Shown: positions 1 through 13,769, counted from the stretch's first letter. The stretch: 64,000 nt of DNA from Harriotta raleighana (GCA_050575255.1 JBNZDD010013721.1:7997671-8061670), one strand, 5' to 3'. Notes: a model not told the origin generated them from the sequence alone. Program-made: numbers and translations.

Positions 1-729
1 GATGAAAGAGGTATAGCGATATAAAGTTGTGTGTTCCAAGGAGGACAAATGAGTTAGAATGATTCCAATAACGTGAGGACTCAGAGAGGAGGACAATCAT
101 AGATTAGCTGAGTAAGATTACCTTTGAAAGAACGATGATCCTAATCAAATTTTTAACAAACAAGAGATGGACAACAAGAAGACCAAAAACGTTGAAAGCA
201 GAATCTAATTTCTGGCAGACTAGAGTATGCTCTGTGTGTTTAATATACACTGTATATGTGTGCATTATCCCTGGCAGTCTAGGCAGTCTAAAGAGATCCT
301 TTGCATCCAATTCTGCCAGGGTGCGGATTAGTGTAATCTCTATTCCCTGTGGCAGCATAGTGAGGCCATGAGCCTGTGCTTCCTGGCAATGTAGGATGCT
401 TTACATGCCAGTCACCCGGATAACATCTTTGCCCTCACTTATGTCTGCATTTTGAAAGGAGTGGATCAGAAACCAAAGGCTGCTGCTAACACCCTTGAAG
501 TTAGGCTGCAGAAATGATCGAGAGCAGAGAATCAAATGGAGAGCAGCATTCCCCAGCCTTTCAGATTAGAATCTCTGGCTGCTATGAAGAGGAAACTTAA
601 AGCATTGTGTGTTCTGTCAGACATTATGGTGTATGACAAATTATAGAGCATAACATTGTCCCATGATAAAACGTAACATCCTATTTTTCCATTCTGATTG
701 CTTTCAGCAACCTTGAAAAACGGAAACCG

Positions 730-1165
730 GAGATTCAGCCCATTGAGCAGTTTAATCTTTTACCCCCCTCACTTTCGCCTTGCTCCCTAATACCTCTACC
801 CTCCCCAAGAATCTGTCTTATCTTTTAAGCATCCCTATTGTTTTTGCCTCTGCAGCTTTGTGAGCCAGAGTATTCCACATCTTTGCATCGCTCTGTGCGA
901 GGAAATGTTTCCTGTCCTCCTCAGTCAAGACTGACTTGATTTGATTTTGTATGGTCTGATCGGAAGGCTATGTTCCCCCGTGAAATGGTTCCATTTACCA
1001 AAGGCAAGTGGTAAACGCCCACTATCCAACCTGTCAAATCCTTTCAATATTTCATTCACCTCAATCATATCACTCCTTAACCTCCTCTGCTCCATATAAC
1101 CCCAGCCTATCCAGCATTGCTTAATAGCTAAGCCCCTTCGTCCTAGATGTCAGTCTGGTGAAGAA
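730..1165 (-). mobile_element. CR1-clade LINE, decayed 3' ORF2 fragment
   Basis: Reverse complement of ~1024-1080 translates LRSDMIEVNEILKGFDRLD, matching the CR1 ORF2 C-terminal motif RLRGDMIEVxKIxKGxD; flanks resemble CR1 3' region. Confidence 0.8.
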
Positions 1166-3209
1166 CTTGCAAACTATATTTTAGCCATTTAGGAACACGA
1201 ATCTCTGAATCCTCCCACTGAGCAGGCAGTAGTGTAGAGTAGTTTGAGACATCCTCCCGACATGCACTATAGGTATTATGTAAATTTCCCCGAATGTTTC
1301 CTAAGCCTTTTGATTTTGTTGGAAACTGGCCTCAACCCATTCCTACAGACCAAGCAATATGTTTCTTCAGTGTAAGAGCATGGATTAGCGAGGGTTCAAC
1401 CCCCCATATCCAACTTCTCTCTGGTTTAAGCTAATGGGATGTTGCAGTCAATCAGTTGATTGAGAAGGAGTTGACTCACACACACACACACTCTGCCATC
1501 TTCAGGGGAAAGCGGTCACGATATACGAGAAGAATACAGCTCAGCTCAGCCCCCTCACAGGGATATTATTCACCCACAACCTATGTGTAAGAATGATTTC
1601 CTGGAGCTCATTTCCGCGAAGGAGGGTAGGGTGGGCAAGCGGCTTTGAATTCCATGTTATGAAATGATGTATGTGTCAGGATAGTGCTTACAGGAATTTT
1701 CAGTAATGATTATTTTTGTCAGGTGATGAGTCAAAAGAAATACCAATTACTGTAAAAATTTGAATACCGGCCATTGTGTACCCTTATTATATCAACACAG
1801 GAAATGTCAGTCTAATTTGTATTCCAACGCAATTTGCCTTTCATAATGGGTTAGATTATGGAGTCACGGCTGTACATGTGTACGTTCCGAAAAGGAAGCA
1901 CTGTCTTTTTAATTACATATTCATTTCAGAATGCCCTCTTCACCAAGACTCTTGCAGGGCTGGGCTGAACCACTGCCAACAAATGGTTTCGAGTGTTTGG
2001 GAGGGAAGAAGGCAAATTACGAAATACAATAATTTGGCGTTATGCTTATATCGAGCAAAATAAAGTTACCTGCAGTTGCGCAGTAAAAATGTCAGATGGT
2101 TAGCTATGAACAAAACACACAATTCCCTACCCTAGCCCAGCGCAGTTGTCCAACCATCACTGTAAAGAGCTTTTGGACGTCCTCCCTCCTAGGTCAGGGG
2201 GACAGATTCCCCAATTTATCAGAAATTGTCAATTATTATTGAAATATCAGTCAGTCCAGCTGGGCTCCCATTCCCATCAGACTGCAATAATAGGACTCCG
2301 AGTAAAATTCCATGAGATCTAGCAACTATCACGTGTTTCAGGCAATCCCAGATCAAAGAAGGGATCAGTCACTGCAGGCAGATTAAGTGCACATTTTAAT
2401 TGTAAATGCAACTGTGGTAATTGTAACTGTACAATCGCTGTTGCATCCCTTTGTGTTACACACGATTCTGAACAATTGCTCCCTTCCATTATATTCCAGC
2501 AACATTCACATTTGATCTAGACAATGAGAGTGGAGCTTTGAGCTGGTTTCTCATGAGTGAAAGCGAATGTGTAACTGAGGAGTGATAAAGGGGTGAATGA
2601 GTCAGCTAGCTGCCATGTTTAACTACTTCCATTGGAGTATTTCCTTGTTACAGTGTATATACATTGCAATTTCCTTGAGTTAAAATTTAGAATAAACTTC
2701 CTTCAGTGCAGTTGTGGATTGGTGTATGACGGTCTTTTATTGTTGCATAAATCAGCGCACAAATAGGAGCATGGCTGATGTTTGTAGACACTGGCCCAGT
2801 GAGAGAGCTTTACAGCTTTATTGATACAGCAATGGCGAGTGCATCATGTTAAAGATGCTTTGCTTTATTTGTGGTCGTGATGTCTACAGAATCTGCCACT
2901 TGCCGTGTGTTTCTGCTGCCGTTTGTCGCTGACTGCCGTGCAATTCCTTGAGTGTTTCTATCCTCCGAATCTCTAGTGATTGGGAGAAAAAGATTCTAGG
3001 TTGTGGTGTTGGCTGGTTTGTGTTGTATTGTATAATGTTCCTCATGGTGTATATTTTGTGACATCTTCTTTGACTAATCCTTCTTCCAAATCCTAACTGA
3101 GGCACCTACAACATTGGTTAAATTGCTTAGTTTAGTAGGGTGACAGTTTTCCACATCTCATTGTTTCACCACCCTGCAAAACCGACCATGTCGATCAGGA
3201 GATTGGGAC

Positions 3210-3265
3210 TGTTGGTGGAATTGTTTTGGGAGCCAAGTGTTGGTGGAATCGTTTTGGGAGCCAAG
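3210..3265. repeat. 28 bp tandem duplication
   Basis: TGTTGGTGGAAT(T/C)GTTTTGGGAGCCAAG x2, one mismatch. Confidence 0.9.
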
Positions 3266-3319
3266 CATACTCCCTCAGTAAATTCAACTCCAAACTGGCC
3301 AACACTTACACTCTGGAGG

Positions 3320-3560
3320 ACAACAACAACAAATTACATTTGATTAGTGCCTTTCACATCCTAAAACACTGAGCAGTCAGGGAATCCGCACCCAAAGCTG
3401 GTGGTTGGGGTCAGGAGAGGTGGAGGACTTGGAGGGAAGATGATCAAAGGACGATCGAAGAGGAGGGTCTTGAGATGGGTCTTGATGGAGGCAAGGGTAG
3501 GGGAGAGTTGGGAGTTCCATTGGGTGGGGGCAGAGAGATTGAAGGCCCCAACTGCCAATA
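3320..3560 (-). mobile_element. L2-clade LINE 3' end
   Basis: (CAA)n tail on + strand; minus ORF reads GAFNLSAPTQWNSQ...IKTHLKTLLFD, matching L2 ORF2 end RAFSxxAPxLWNSLP...FKxxLKTxLF. Confidence 0.85.
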
Positions 3561-5680
3561 GGACCCAACTCATAACTGATAAGATGGAGATGGCAAACAT
3601 AAAATACTGGACAGAATTTTTTTTTCTTTTACCTGGGAAAGAATTTCTTTCCCCACAAAGATAATCCAAGTAACTGTAATCTCCTTAGATAGAGAAAGGT
3701 TTGTGTTATCAAATNCCAAGTAACTGTAATATCCTTAGATAGAGAAAGGTTTGTGTTATCAAATTCCTGATCACACACAAAAAAATAATCACTCATCAGG
3801 AATTTACATAAATAGAATCTATTGTCCCAAACAAATCTAAATCGTTCACCAAGCTAAAGGGGAATAAGAAAAAAGCTGCAGATTTTAAGTGCTAATGAAA
3901 GCCATTGCATACTAAACTGATTAGTTCCTTTGTGCATTTTTTGTGGCTGTCAAGTCATAAACTACCTCTGGACATCACATCGCTGCCTCATAATAGACAA
4001 CTGACATTCGGTGGTAAATGGAAAAAGAACAGAGGAGAACAGCAAATATTCTAATGCGTTGACACTCACTTGCCCTCTATTGTTGAAGATGAGAAGCAAT
4101 CATCATTGTTCATCAAATGGCTCCTAATGCAGTTAAAGCATTCAGCTATAATTTCTTATTGCATTTATAATTACTGTCATAGACTATACACCTCAGTGAG
4201 CATATTAAAGCCATAAATTATGTAGGCCTTGCTTTAGCTGAGGAATTTGATTTTTCTGGCAGTAGTTATTTGTGAAGAAGCTTTCCTGTTCGGATTTTTA
4301 AAAAATGACTGAAGTGCTTGAACAGTACAGTTCTGCAAATACTTTGTTCAGTCAGTCATCTAGACTTGATTCGGGTAATTGCAAAACAACAAAGTTCCAG
4401 TGTTTTATTAATCCATTCCATTAAAACGACCGCATTTCACTGCTTGAGTGGCAGTTCAGTTAGAAATTGTTTTCCTTCGACTATGTGTTCTACATAAAGT
4501 AAATTGATATAAAAATGTTTTGCAGTAAAATACATATGAATGTTTCATTTCAGGTCACTGTTGAAGGATATTTTTTCGGCTTTTACGTCTTCACTAGTAC
4601 TCGTCGAACTTTACAATTGATGTCCTTTCTGGTTTGCTTATTTCCATTTTATCAATTTGTAGCTACCCAGCTACCTTCTAAAAGCTGCGAATGACATTTG
4701 AGTATTTGCCAAACCCGAGACACACCTAATCATAGCAACAAAGAGTGAAATGTTATACATGATATAACATGTAGGAAAGGCTTGGTGTCTTCCCATGATG
4801 GAATTGAGAACGCTCGCAGGTTAAACTGTTTCTTTGAGATTTCTTTTTGGTTTGTCAACAGATAAGCCTCCAAGGAGATGAGGACTTTTTGCTAGTCCCA
4901 AGTTCCTGAACCCATTTTGTAACTGATTGAATCAAACCCTATTAAGATCAAATCGAGACCCAAAAGCAATGAGGCAGCAACAGTCCTTAACATGAGGACA
5001 TTTAGTGAAGTTGATTCTAGCAGGACAGTGGGTTTGATTGTCACACAATACAATGCAGTTCATTCTAAAGTCTCAGCTATTCATTTGATTGAGGTACAAG
5101 GAAATTCTAAAAGGAAACCATTTTTATCCACCAGCAATTGAGAACATGGATTCTTGATTTGGCTCTGATTGAAAGTTCAAAGGATGAAGTTCTCCCAAGA
5201 AAGTTCAATAGCTCAGTCACTCAATGTCCTTCCCTCAATCTTGCATGTTGAAAGCCTTTGTTATTGGGAGTAAAACATTGATAGGTATTTTGGGGTGGAT
5301 ACCCGTTCAATGTTTGGCTGTTTGTGAAGCCCTTTTATTTGTAACGTTTCAGCCTTAGAAAGTGTCTGCCCATCTGTCACCTACCCTGACAGTGGAGCAC
5401 CACCTGCTAAATGTCAGAAGGCTTTCAGTTACTTGTCATAAGGGATTTCCGTTAACAAAAGTAGCAATTGGTGAAAGTAGCAATTTCCTATAAATAGAGG
5501 ATTCGAGACTGAACACGTGTGCGGGGAGGCTGGCTGATCGTTCTCCGCTTTGTGATTAAAATTTACCGGGCAGCAGAGGGTGAGAAGAGCTGACCCGGTA
5601 AGATTGGTACAGTTCCTGGCAGGTGGAGAAAGATTTGCTACACAGATACCAAAAGGATTGGAATTCAGCAAAGTGTGGTA

Positions 5681-6700
5681 CAGTAAAACCCCATTTATCT
5701 GGCACCCACGGGACCTGGCCAGTGGCAGTTAAACGTTTTTTTTTTGAACAGATTTTTTTTTTAAAAAAATTGCTTAAAAATATATATTTTAAAATTTTAA
5801 ATTATTTTAACCATATTTATTACAGATAATTAATAAATAAGAACAGAATATTGTATTAGTACTTTATTATTTATACTTAACTTCGCAATCGCAGCCCTCA
5901 CCCGAAGTTAAAAAAAACACAACTTTTAAAAGGAGCAGGAGCGATCTCTCTCTGTCTTTCTCTCTGCCTATGTGTGTCTTTCTCTCCCTCTTTGTTTGTG
6001 CATTTGTCTCTCTCTTTGTGTCTATGTGTGTGTTTCTCTCTCTTTGTCTTTGTGTGTGACTCTCTCTGTCTCTCTCTCTGTCAGTGCGTGTGTCTGTCTG
6101 TGTGTGGGTATGTGTGTGTGTGTCTCTCTTTCTTTGTCTCTCTATCCCTCTGTGTGTATATGTGTTGCTCTCTCTCTGTCTATGTTTGCGTGTGTCTCTC
6201 TCTCTATCTCTCCCCCCCTCCTCTCTCTCTGTCTATATGTTTCTGTGTGTGTCTCTCTCTCTCTGTGTCTGTATGTGTCTTGCTCTCCCTCCCTCTCTGT
6301 ATCTGAGTGTGTGTCTCTGTGTGTTTGTGTGTCTTTCTATCTGTCTGTGTGTCTCTCTATCTGTGTCCGTGTGTGTGTGTCCCTCTCTGTCTGTGTCTGT
6401 GTGTTTGTGTGTCCCTCTCTCTCACCTGTAATTGGCTGCATTTCAACCAAAACGTAGGATCCAGCGCTGCCCAGGACTCTGTGAGCATCTCGATTCCCTC
6501 TAACCATCTCACCAGTTTAGATCCGCCTAGCGGCCAGCCACAAGTACCTTCACCAGTATTCACTTGCAACAGTCTATTCATTAAACGCGTCATCACTATT
6601 TGCCGGATAATTTCCAGTTCATCGAATTGGAACTTTTTTTGAGATGGCGGTTGAACGGGTTTTCCGGTTCATCGAGTCACGGATAAACAAGGTTTTATTG
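5681..6700. mobile_element. Non-autonomous Tc1/mariner (Tigger/pogo-like) DNA transposon, MITE
   Basis: TA-CAGTAAAACCCCATTTATCTGG at left; right end reverse-complements to CAATAAAACCTTGTTTATCCG and is followed by TA: terminal inverted repeats with TA TSD; no transposase ORF. Confidence 0.8.
5945..6423. repeat. Compound (CT)n/(GT)n low-complexity microsatellite inside the MITE
   Basis: ~480 bp of interleaved TC and TG dinucleotides; explains the S/L/C/V-rich ORFs at 5972-6457. Confidence 0.95.
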
Positions 6701-7419
6701 TATTTGGAAAACTAGTCTGAAATAACCCAAATCAGGACACTTTTGGCCGGTTCAGTCACTTTCGATCTGGAAACCAGCCTGTCTGGGTTTCACTGCATCA
6801 CTAAAAGTTCCCTGTTAGATCACCAGCTTATTGCGCGAAGCTCTTTTATACATATTATGTTAAGTCAGGGCATTAAATACAATAAGGATAAATCCAAACC
6901 GATTCTTTGTGTCAGAAATAGATACATATATTTTTCAGATTAAACGTATGGTGGTAAAGTAGATTTACATAAACGCAGCTAGAACAGCTTGTTTTCAATC
7001 TTCCGGGCACATCTGTCCTCAATGCCTTCAGTTGAAGCATCAATTTCCCCTCGATCTTCCCTCCAAGACTCAGCCGGTATCATTGCTGTCTGATTGCATT
7101 AAAACTGCTGGATGTGTTAATAGGTTTCATGCAGTGCTGTGGCTCTTTATAGCTGTGATCATGCTTTTTGTCATTCGGCAATGCTGACCTGAAGAAATCC
7201 TGACTTCATTTTCCAAAAGATGTTGTCAATACACATGACACTGAATCAAATGCGCTATGTGAAACGCAAGGATTATTCGAGTGTAGGTAAGGGATAGCTG
7301 GTAGAATTAGATGAAAAAATACTCTGAGCAATGCAATCCTGCAAGATCCGAGTGAGGAAGTGTGAATATTGACTTCAAGATCAAATCATTTAACTATGAA
7401 ATAAATTGCAAGTTTTATT

Positions 7420-7632
7420 TGAGAGATGTTGGCCAGGACACCAGGTGGAACGGATGGATGGGATCTCAGTTTAATTCCTCGAGGACAGCACCTCCAACAA
7501 TGCAGCACGCCCCCAGCACTACATTCAGAGTGTCAGCCTAGAATGTGGGAGTTTTAAGACACAACATGGGGATTGAAGCCACAAACTTTTAAGTCTGGGA
7601 GGCGAGCCTTCTATAAATTGAGCTGGGCTGAC
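7420..7632 (-). mobile_element. SacSINE1-like Deu-SINE, 5' half
   Basis: Minus strand: GTCAGCCCAGCTCA head, CTAGGCTGACACTC, GCTGCATTGTTGGAGGTGCTGTC, GGTGTCCTGGCCAACAT; same family as 19512-19905 and 62242-62690. Confidence 0.75.
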
Positions 7633-8156
7633 TCACAACTTACTGACTGTAGTGGAGCACTGTTAGAATTGTTAAGGTTGGTACTTTTTCTGATAACTCG
7701 AAGAATGGGATCATTGACTAGGGGGGGACAGGAGTGGAAGAGGGATAGAAGAAACAGGTTGAGACATTTATCAACGAAAAACATGCTGTATAAGTGGCAT
7801 GTACTGTACATCATTCCTCTGAATTCCAGTCTTTTTGCTTGTTAGTTTCTGCTTTGGACCTACAGGCTCCACATAAATCTTAAAATATCACCTCTATGAA
7901 TTTAGGTCAAGAAAGATTCTGTTCATACTTCAGTCTGGCACTTTCAGGAATTCGTTTTTTTTCATCAATTCACAGTTTTTATTGGAATTTGGAAAATAAT
8001 AATAAATTTTCAGCATTATCCCCATCCAAAAAACACAATTTTTGATTTTTTTAAAATCTTAACGCCTTCCCCCAGTCTCCCCAACACCCAAACATTCACA
8101 TCCCACTTGCAGATAAACATTCTGTTAATGTTCATTTCGGTTCCTCCCACAAACCA

Positions 8157-8400
8157 TAATAATCCTTGCATTTTATATTTAATATAGTGCCTTATTGCGT
8201 CTTTGAGATGTCTCAAAGTGCTTCAAAGAAATATCCTGTCAAATGAATTGACTAGAAATTTTGTGAATGAAACGCGTCAACCAATTACACACAGCACAGT
8301 CGCACAAACAGTTTCAGCTCATTCACTTTCCAATATATTCTGTGAAGCGCTTTTGAGATACCTCGACAATGTGACGTCTCAATTCGAGGATTCTTATCAT
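8157..8400. mobile_element. Two SINE 3' fragments in divergent (head-to-head) orientation
   Basis: 8157-8312 minus (AATAATCCTTGCATT...CCAATTACACACAGCA); 8321-8400 plus (ATTCACTTT...ATTCTGTGAAGCGCTTTTGAGA...GGATTCTTAT). Confidence 0.75.
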
Positions 8401-10944
8401 CAATAGCTTCCCACCCTAATCTCCCCATGTCTGAGATGTCAGCAAGTCTGTGATACACCCAAGTGGAGCGAGTTTCAGACTGTTCCACATGTTAACAGCT
8501 CCATGGAAGGCTTGGGTACAACGTTACACCACAGGCCGCTTATGATCTTTACAATCAAAGTCTCAGCAGCATAGCAACAGATTGAAGGCTGGCTAACTAG
8601 CCTTCATGTACTTTGAAGATGTAAATTGCAACCAGTTGGCGTGTGTTTGGTTGAACAATTCTACAAAACACATTACCCAACAAACAAGGGAATGCTCAGC
8701 CTCTGATAGCCTGCACTTGCTGAGCCTAGCCTCTTCGAAGCACTTACCAGTGCCAAGTTGGGAAGCGTTTTCTCTGGGTACCTTTTGTCGTGACCACCAT
8801 TAAGGGGCATATGCCATTCTGCAAACCCCCTGTAGAGCAGCAGTTGGGCATTTAATGTACTCCATACAATGCTGTGGACCCCTGCTTGAATGCTGGTATA
8901 GGACAAGCCTCACATTATCAAACCTACCCTGCAGACCTGGATGTCACAGTAAAATAATCCCCGTATTTTTTTCTTTCCGCAACAAGAAAGGCAAATTAGC
9001 TTGAATCAGATGCGAGCAGGTAGGTTTCGACCAAATGTCAAGCTAATCAGACACACTATGAATTGGCCTTTTTGTCCTGAAGATATGTACTCTGTGGCTC
9101 ACAATGTGCTCTTGGATATTCAACAGCAAGAGTTTTTAGTGAGTAGATATAGTGACTCTTAGATTCCTATCCCCCCTCCTCCCAAAGGAGCTCAAATGGA
9201 ACCGATGCTTTGCCGCTAACAACCATATTTTTGGTTGATAAAATAATATGAAAGGTGAAATTATCAAATGGCATTCAGTTTCCTTTGAGCACTTTGAGAC
9301 ATCCTCCTGACATGAAAGGTGCTATGTCAAATGCAAGTATAATTATTATTGTTTTCTGTGTTTATTTCTATATTTATTGCATTGCTAAAAGAGGTTGCTT
9401 TCAAACCCTTGCTACTCATGCAGACCAAATTGCTTTGTGAAACACTTACTGGGCTGACTGCATCTCTTAAAGGTTCAATGCTAGACCAAGTTTTTCATTG
9501 TTTGCCAATTTGGGGCCAAGCCGAAACCATATCCCACTTTGCTGCGAGTTCTCATTGAGTCTATCAACGTCATTAATACCAATTTCCAGATGTCCTGGTT
9601 TGCCTCTTGTGGCTCGTTAGCACGTTATGTATTTCTTGCTGCTATAATTAAGTGGAGTAAGAGCCAGAGACAAATCTCTCCATCTCTTTGACATCATTTC
9701 ACAGCAGCCGCTTTGGATTCAGCTACATATTGCGTTGTGATGGAAACCTTCAATGCGACTTCCCTTTGTAATGTTGGATTGAATGAGAAGATGCCAATGC
9801 CTCTCAATTCATAACATGCAACTGGAATAAGGCAAGTTTCAATGGGGGGATCAAATGGGACCAATTGGCCTCTTATCTGAGTAGTAGAGATTCCTATCGT
9901 TCGATGTATAGTAAGTTCTCTGCAGCTTTAAAATTCGCCATCTTAAATTGTTGCACCATATTACATGAGACGAGGGTGGTCACAGACTACCAGCTCTGTG
10001 TGCTATTTTGTTAGGTTTGCTATCGATGGCCCTGTTTGGCAGAGGCCTGAGATCAGGATTCACCTGCAGAGACTTTTATCATAGGACTAAAAGGATTCAG
10101 TCCCAACGATGGGTGAACAGACTGGAGCAGAGGTGGGGTTGGGGGAGAGAGAAATAGATAGAGAGAGAGGAAGGAGTTTTTAACTACTGTACTACACTCA
10201 TCAGCTATTGTTTGAAAGAATCAGTGGAGAGTGCATATTAAAGAGCTTACTTTAAGCAGGGCCCGGATTGTAATCCATTGCTTCTTTTCAAAACTTTTTA
10301 AAAAAAAGTGACATCTTGCATTTAAACGTGTCGGATTCTCTCTTTGCATTGGAGCTTTGCAGACAAAGCAATACCGTTCACCCTCATCCCCCTCACCTCC
10401 CGTCGCCCCCAAAACACCTCTGAATAAAACAGCTACTTTTTTTTTCCTGTTGCCGATTTATTTTCATGGGTGTGGTGATTCTGTTAGCAGCAGGACATTT
10501 TTTAACGTAACCAATACGTACATTTTTAAACTATATATTATACGTATGTATTGATGCTTTCTTCCATAGCACAATTGTCAGCGTCTGGTGCTAAGTTCCA
10601 ATGTTTGCTGTTGCTATGTGCTGTTGCTAGAGTTGTCTATGGCTCTTTGGGGCTGGGGTTTCACACCATCTGTGGATTCACTTTATTTATAACAAGCAAA
10701 ATTGTTAGAACTAGTGTTATGTACAGACCAGGCCCCAGGTTTGAATACAACCGTAGTAATAACAATAATAATAATCATCCTTACTTTTGAAGAGTTTCTT
10801 TTCATGTCAGGAGAATATTTTAACAGTGCTTCGTAAGATATATGTACTGGAAAGTATAGAGACTATTCCAGTTAATGAATTAACTGTCCTTTACATTTCT
10901 AAACTTCCGTCCTCTTGTTTGCTCTACTGTCTTGGTGAATCCTA

Positions 10945-11295
10945 ACGATTCCAATCTGTGCTACATTAGCTCGTCTCATGCAGGACAGCAACGGGGAAAC
11001 TTCAGTTGGCCTTGGTGGGCCTGGGCAAGGGGGAAAGAGTAAATATCAGATCAGGTTCCAGTGACTCGTATGGGAAAGCGCACCTTTATGAACATGAGCG
11101 AGGAGAGAATGAGACTGAGCCACAATAGCCTGCCAACACTCGCTGGCGTCTATCAAGTGTCAATCGGTATAAATAGTGATCTTTCTGTCACTTGTTTGTA
11201 ATGGATGTGTGCAACACAGATCCCATTGTCAGCGCTCACACACAAAGAATGATCGCTCGAGTTAGATACTGATGGGCAGTATCTCACCAACTGGG
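10945..11295 (+). mobile_element. Degenerate copy of an older shark-type SINE-like repeat
   Basis: Motif order CTGTGCT..TTAGCT..TCTCA / TTGGCCTTGGTG..CCTGGG / TCCAGTGAC / AATAGCCTGCCAACACTCGCTG / GCTCACACACAAAGAATG recalls a widespread chondrichthyan repeat; family not confirmed. Confidence 0.45.
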
Positions 11296-12122
11296 CGTTT
11301 ATCCATGATTCCAGCACAATTCAAATCAAGGTTAATTACTTTTTTAAAAATGTAATGTTCATTGTTTGTTTGTTTGGAATCTATTTGCTAAAATGATGAG
11401 GGTTCGATGAGGTTGCCAGGAGACTGTCTGGCCATCGCTGCGCCTGACGGAGGGAAAGAGCGATATTAACATCGGTGAGATTTTCTTTAAACACTTATGG
11501 GGACATAAATTCACCTCCATTGCATTGTCGGGCTCAGAAGCAGTTGATGCTGATTCGATCATTGCTCAGAGTTTGTGTCTTTTAAAAAAAAGGGCAGAAA
11601 AGTTAACTGTGATTATTTTTAACGGCCTGATAATTAGGATGGGGTTAATGATCGTCAGACTCGTACTTTGAAAGGCTGGCAATTTGTCCTTATATCTGTT
11701 TGTACACCAATCAGCACTGTAAATCTACAACCGCAATAAATCAGTCTCGGGACTTTATTTTGCATTGACAAGGTGTCTTTCTTCATCAGGAGAAGCTTTC
11801 AGCTTGCTCGCCTGTTTCCCGCAGCTTTGGTACAATGCAAGCTGACGGAAACAAAATAAAGGTCATCGCACGGCTGATCCTCACAAAACTGCACAGTTGA
11901 GAGAGGAGAAAGGTGGACTTGGCAGCACTGTCTCCACTGCACATCTCCTAGCTGCATCAACAATGTCACACTTAGCAAACAATCTAATATTCAGGCATTA
12001 TAAGCGCACGAGCACAGATAATAAGGATGCGATCGGCAGGCTAAAGGTTAACACAGACCCAAATGTGGAGTGTTGTACTTTTGACTGTTAACATTGGAGT
12101 ATCTTCCACCTGATAGAAACAT

Positions 12123-12442
12123 CTCAGTGGTTAGTTAACTCAATAGTTAGAGCACTCTCCTTGCAAGTGAGAGACCTGGGTTTGATTCCCGGCAGAGCGA
12201 AATGTTGGGCAGGTTTGCTTACTCCACATGCCTCTGTTGCCCAACGAACACAATTGGTGGATTGCTTACCTGGGGTTAATAATTCATGACTGATTGTGGT
12301 ACAGTGCTGTGTGCAATTGGCTGCTGTGTTTTTTGCACATCAATATACAGTCAATTAGTTCACTGTACAATATATTCTGCAAAGCACTTTGAGACAGCTA
12401 GAAGATGTTAAAAGTGCTACATCAAATTGCAAGGATTCTTAT
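12123..12442 (+). mobile_element. tRNA-headed SINE (family A), near full length
   Basis: A-box-like CTCAGTGGTTAG, stem-loop CTCTC-CTTGCAA-GTGAG, B-box GGTTTGATTCC, body GCTGTGTGCAATTGGCTGC, tail AAAGCACTTTGAGAC...GCAAGGATT. Confidence 0.85.
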
Positions 12443-13089
12443 GTCCAAAGTACCATGGAGCCTTACGATTTGAGGAAGTGGAGTTCTTAATTAAACCACT
12501 CCACTACACTGTATATCCCCAGCGATGCCTGATATGTTAAAACGTGTGTATGATGGAGTGGGGTGGGGAGGGATTGGGGGGTGGGAGGGGGGCGTTGAGA
12601 GACATAAATAAAGGAGATTTTAAGCATCCTCTGGAGATAGACAAAAACAATGCATTGTCAGCCGTTTTGCGGACTAATTGGGGGAGGGGTGTATTGTGGT
12701 TTTGAGTTTTTTAACCACAAAAAACATTAATATTTTAATGAATCAAATTATCATAATTATTGAGCTGCTTGGATGTAAAGTTCAGCATGTCAGGAAGGAA
12801 AAAGGGAACTTATGTGTGAAGAGGAGAAAGTTCAGCAGCTTCAGGGAGACAGGAAGATTGTGGTCATCAAGTGGTACAGATAGACAGGAGATACTGAGGG
12901 TTACAGAAGCAGCAGCAACTTTTACTTAGGTTGCGCCCTAAACGCGGGGTAGAATTAGCCGACTCTTGAGTGGCCAGTGATGCGTGAACCATTTCCAGGG
13001 CAGTTGCTCAATGATGTCTGTACCCCACATGTCTGTACCCCAAAGCAGCTGTGGGCTAGACTCACTTCATTCCTGCAACTTAACCATAA

Positions 13090-13450
13090 GAATCATCATC
13101 AACATCCTTACATTTGATATAGACCCTTTCACACAGGATAGATGCCTGAACGATACACTGGAAAGTGGTGCGATTGTCCCTGTGTGTATTGTGGGTGAAG
13201 TTGGATGAATCGCCAAGGAAGTTATTAGATTTCAGTCCCACTGGAGTTATGACTGTTGCCATGACTTTAATGATAATAATCGTTTCATTTAATACAGTGC
13301 CTTATCACATCGTTGAGATGTCTCAAGTGCTTCACAGGATATATTGTAAAATACAGTGACTGTGGGTGTTTTGTTGGACAAACGCAGCAGCCAATTTGTG
13401 CACAGAAAAGCCCCACAAACAGCCGTGGAGCGAATGACCAATGTTATTAG
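13090..13450 (-). mobile_element. Two tandem SINE 3' fragments
   Basis: ATCCTTACATTTGATATAG at ~13104 and ATAATAATCGTTTCATTTAATACAGTGCCTTATCACATC...GCAGCCAATTTGTGCACAG at 13273-13440. Confidence 0.7.
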
Positions 13451-13769
13451 GAGGATTGTAGGCCAGAATACTGGAAGAAACTTGTATCTCTTATTATTGC
13501 ATGGTACAATTACTGTATAGTCAACTATGATATTTTGTTATTATTGGATCACACAATCTTAAAGTAGTAAATTGAATTTCAATTTTCGACTATGAGAAAG
13601 TAATATTTTTAATAATATTAATCCAGATACAGAGTTGTTCACTTTGGGAGGTCATCTCAAGGTACTTCATTGGATGTACAATGAAGCGTGTATTTCGTAT
13701 GCGAATATTATTAATGTTAATGTGGGAGCATGCTGTTCCTGACTATGCCAACTGTTCGCTCGCTGCACC

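Noticed and set aside
3666-3764. 49 bp direct duplication
   Set aside because: Copies are separated by exactly one N (3715): unmerged contig overlap, probably two haplotypes.
5972-6457. Long Cys/Val/Leu/Ser-rich ORFs in three frames
   Set aside because: Translation of a CT/GT microsatellite that lacks stop codons.
8744-8845. Possible minus-strand exon (CTCTACAG| ... CTG|GTAAGT)
   Set aside because: No recognisable peptide in any frame and no supporting context.
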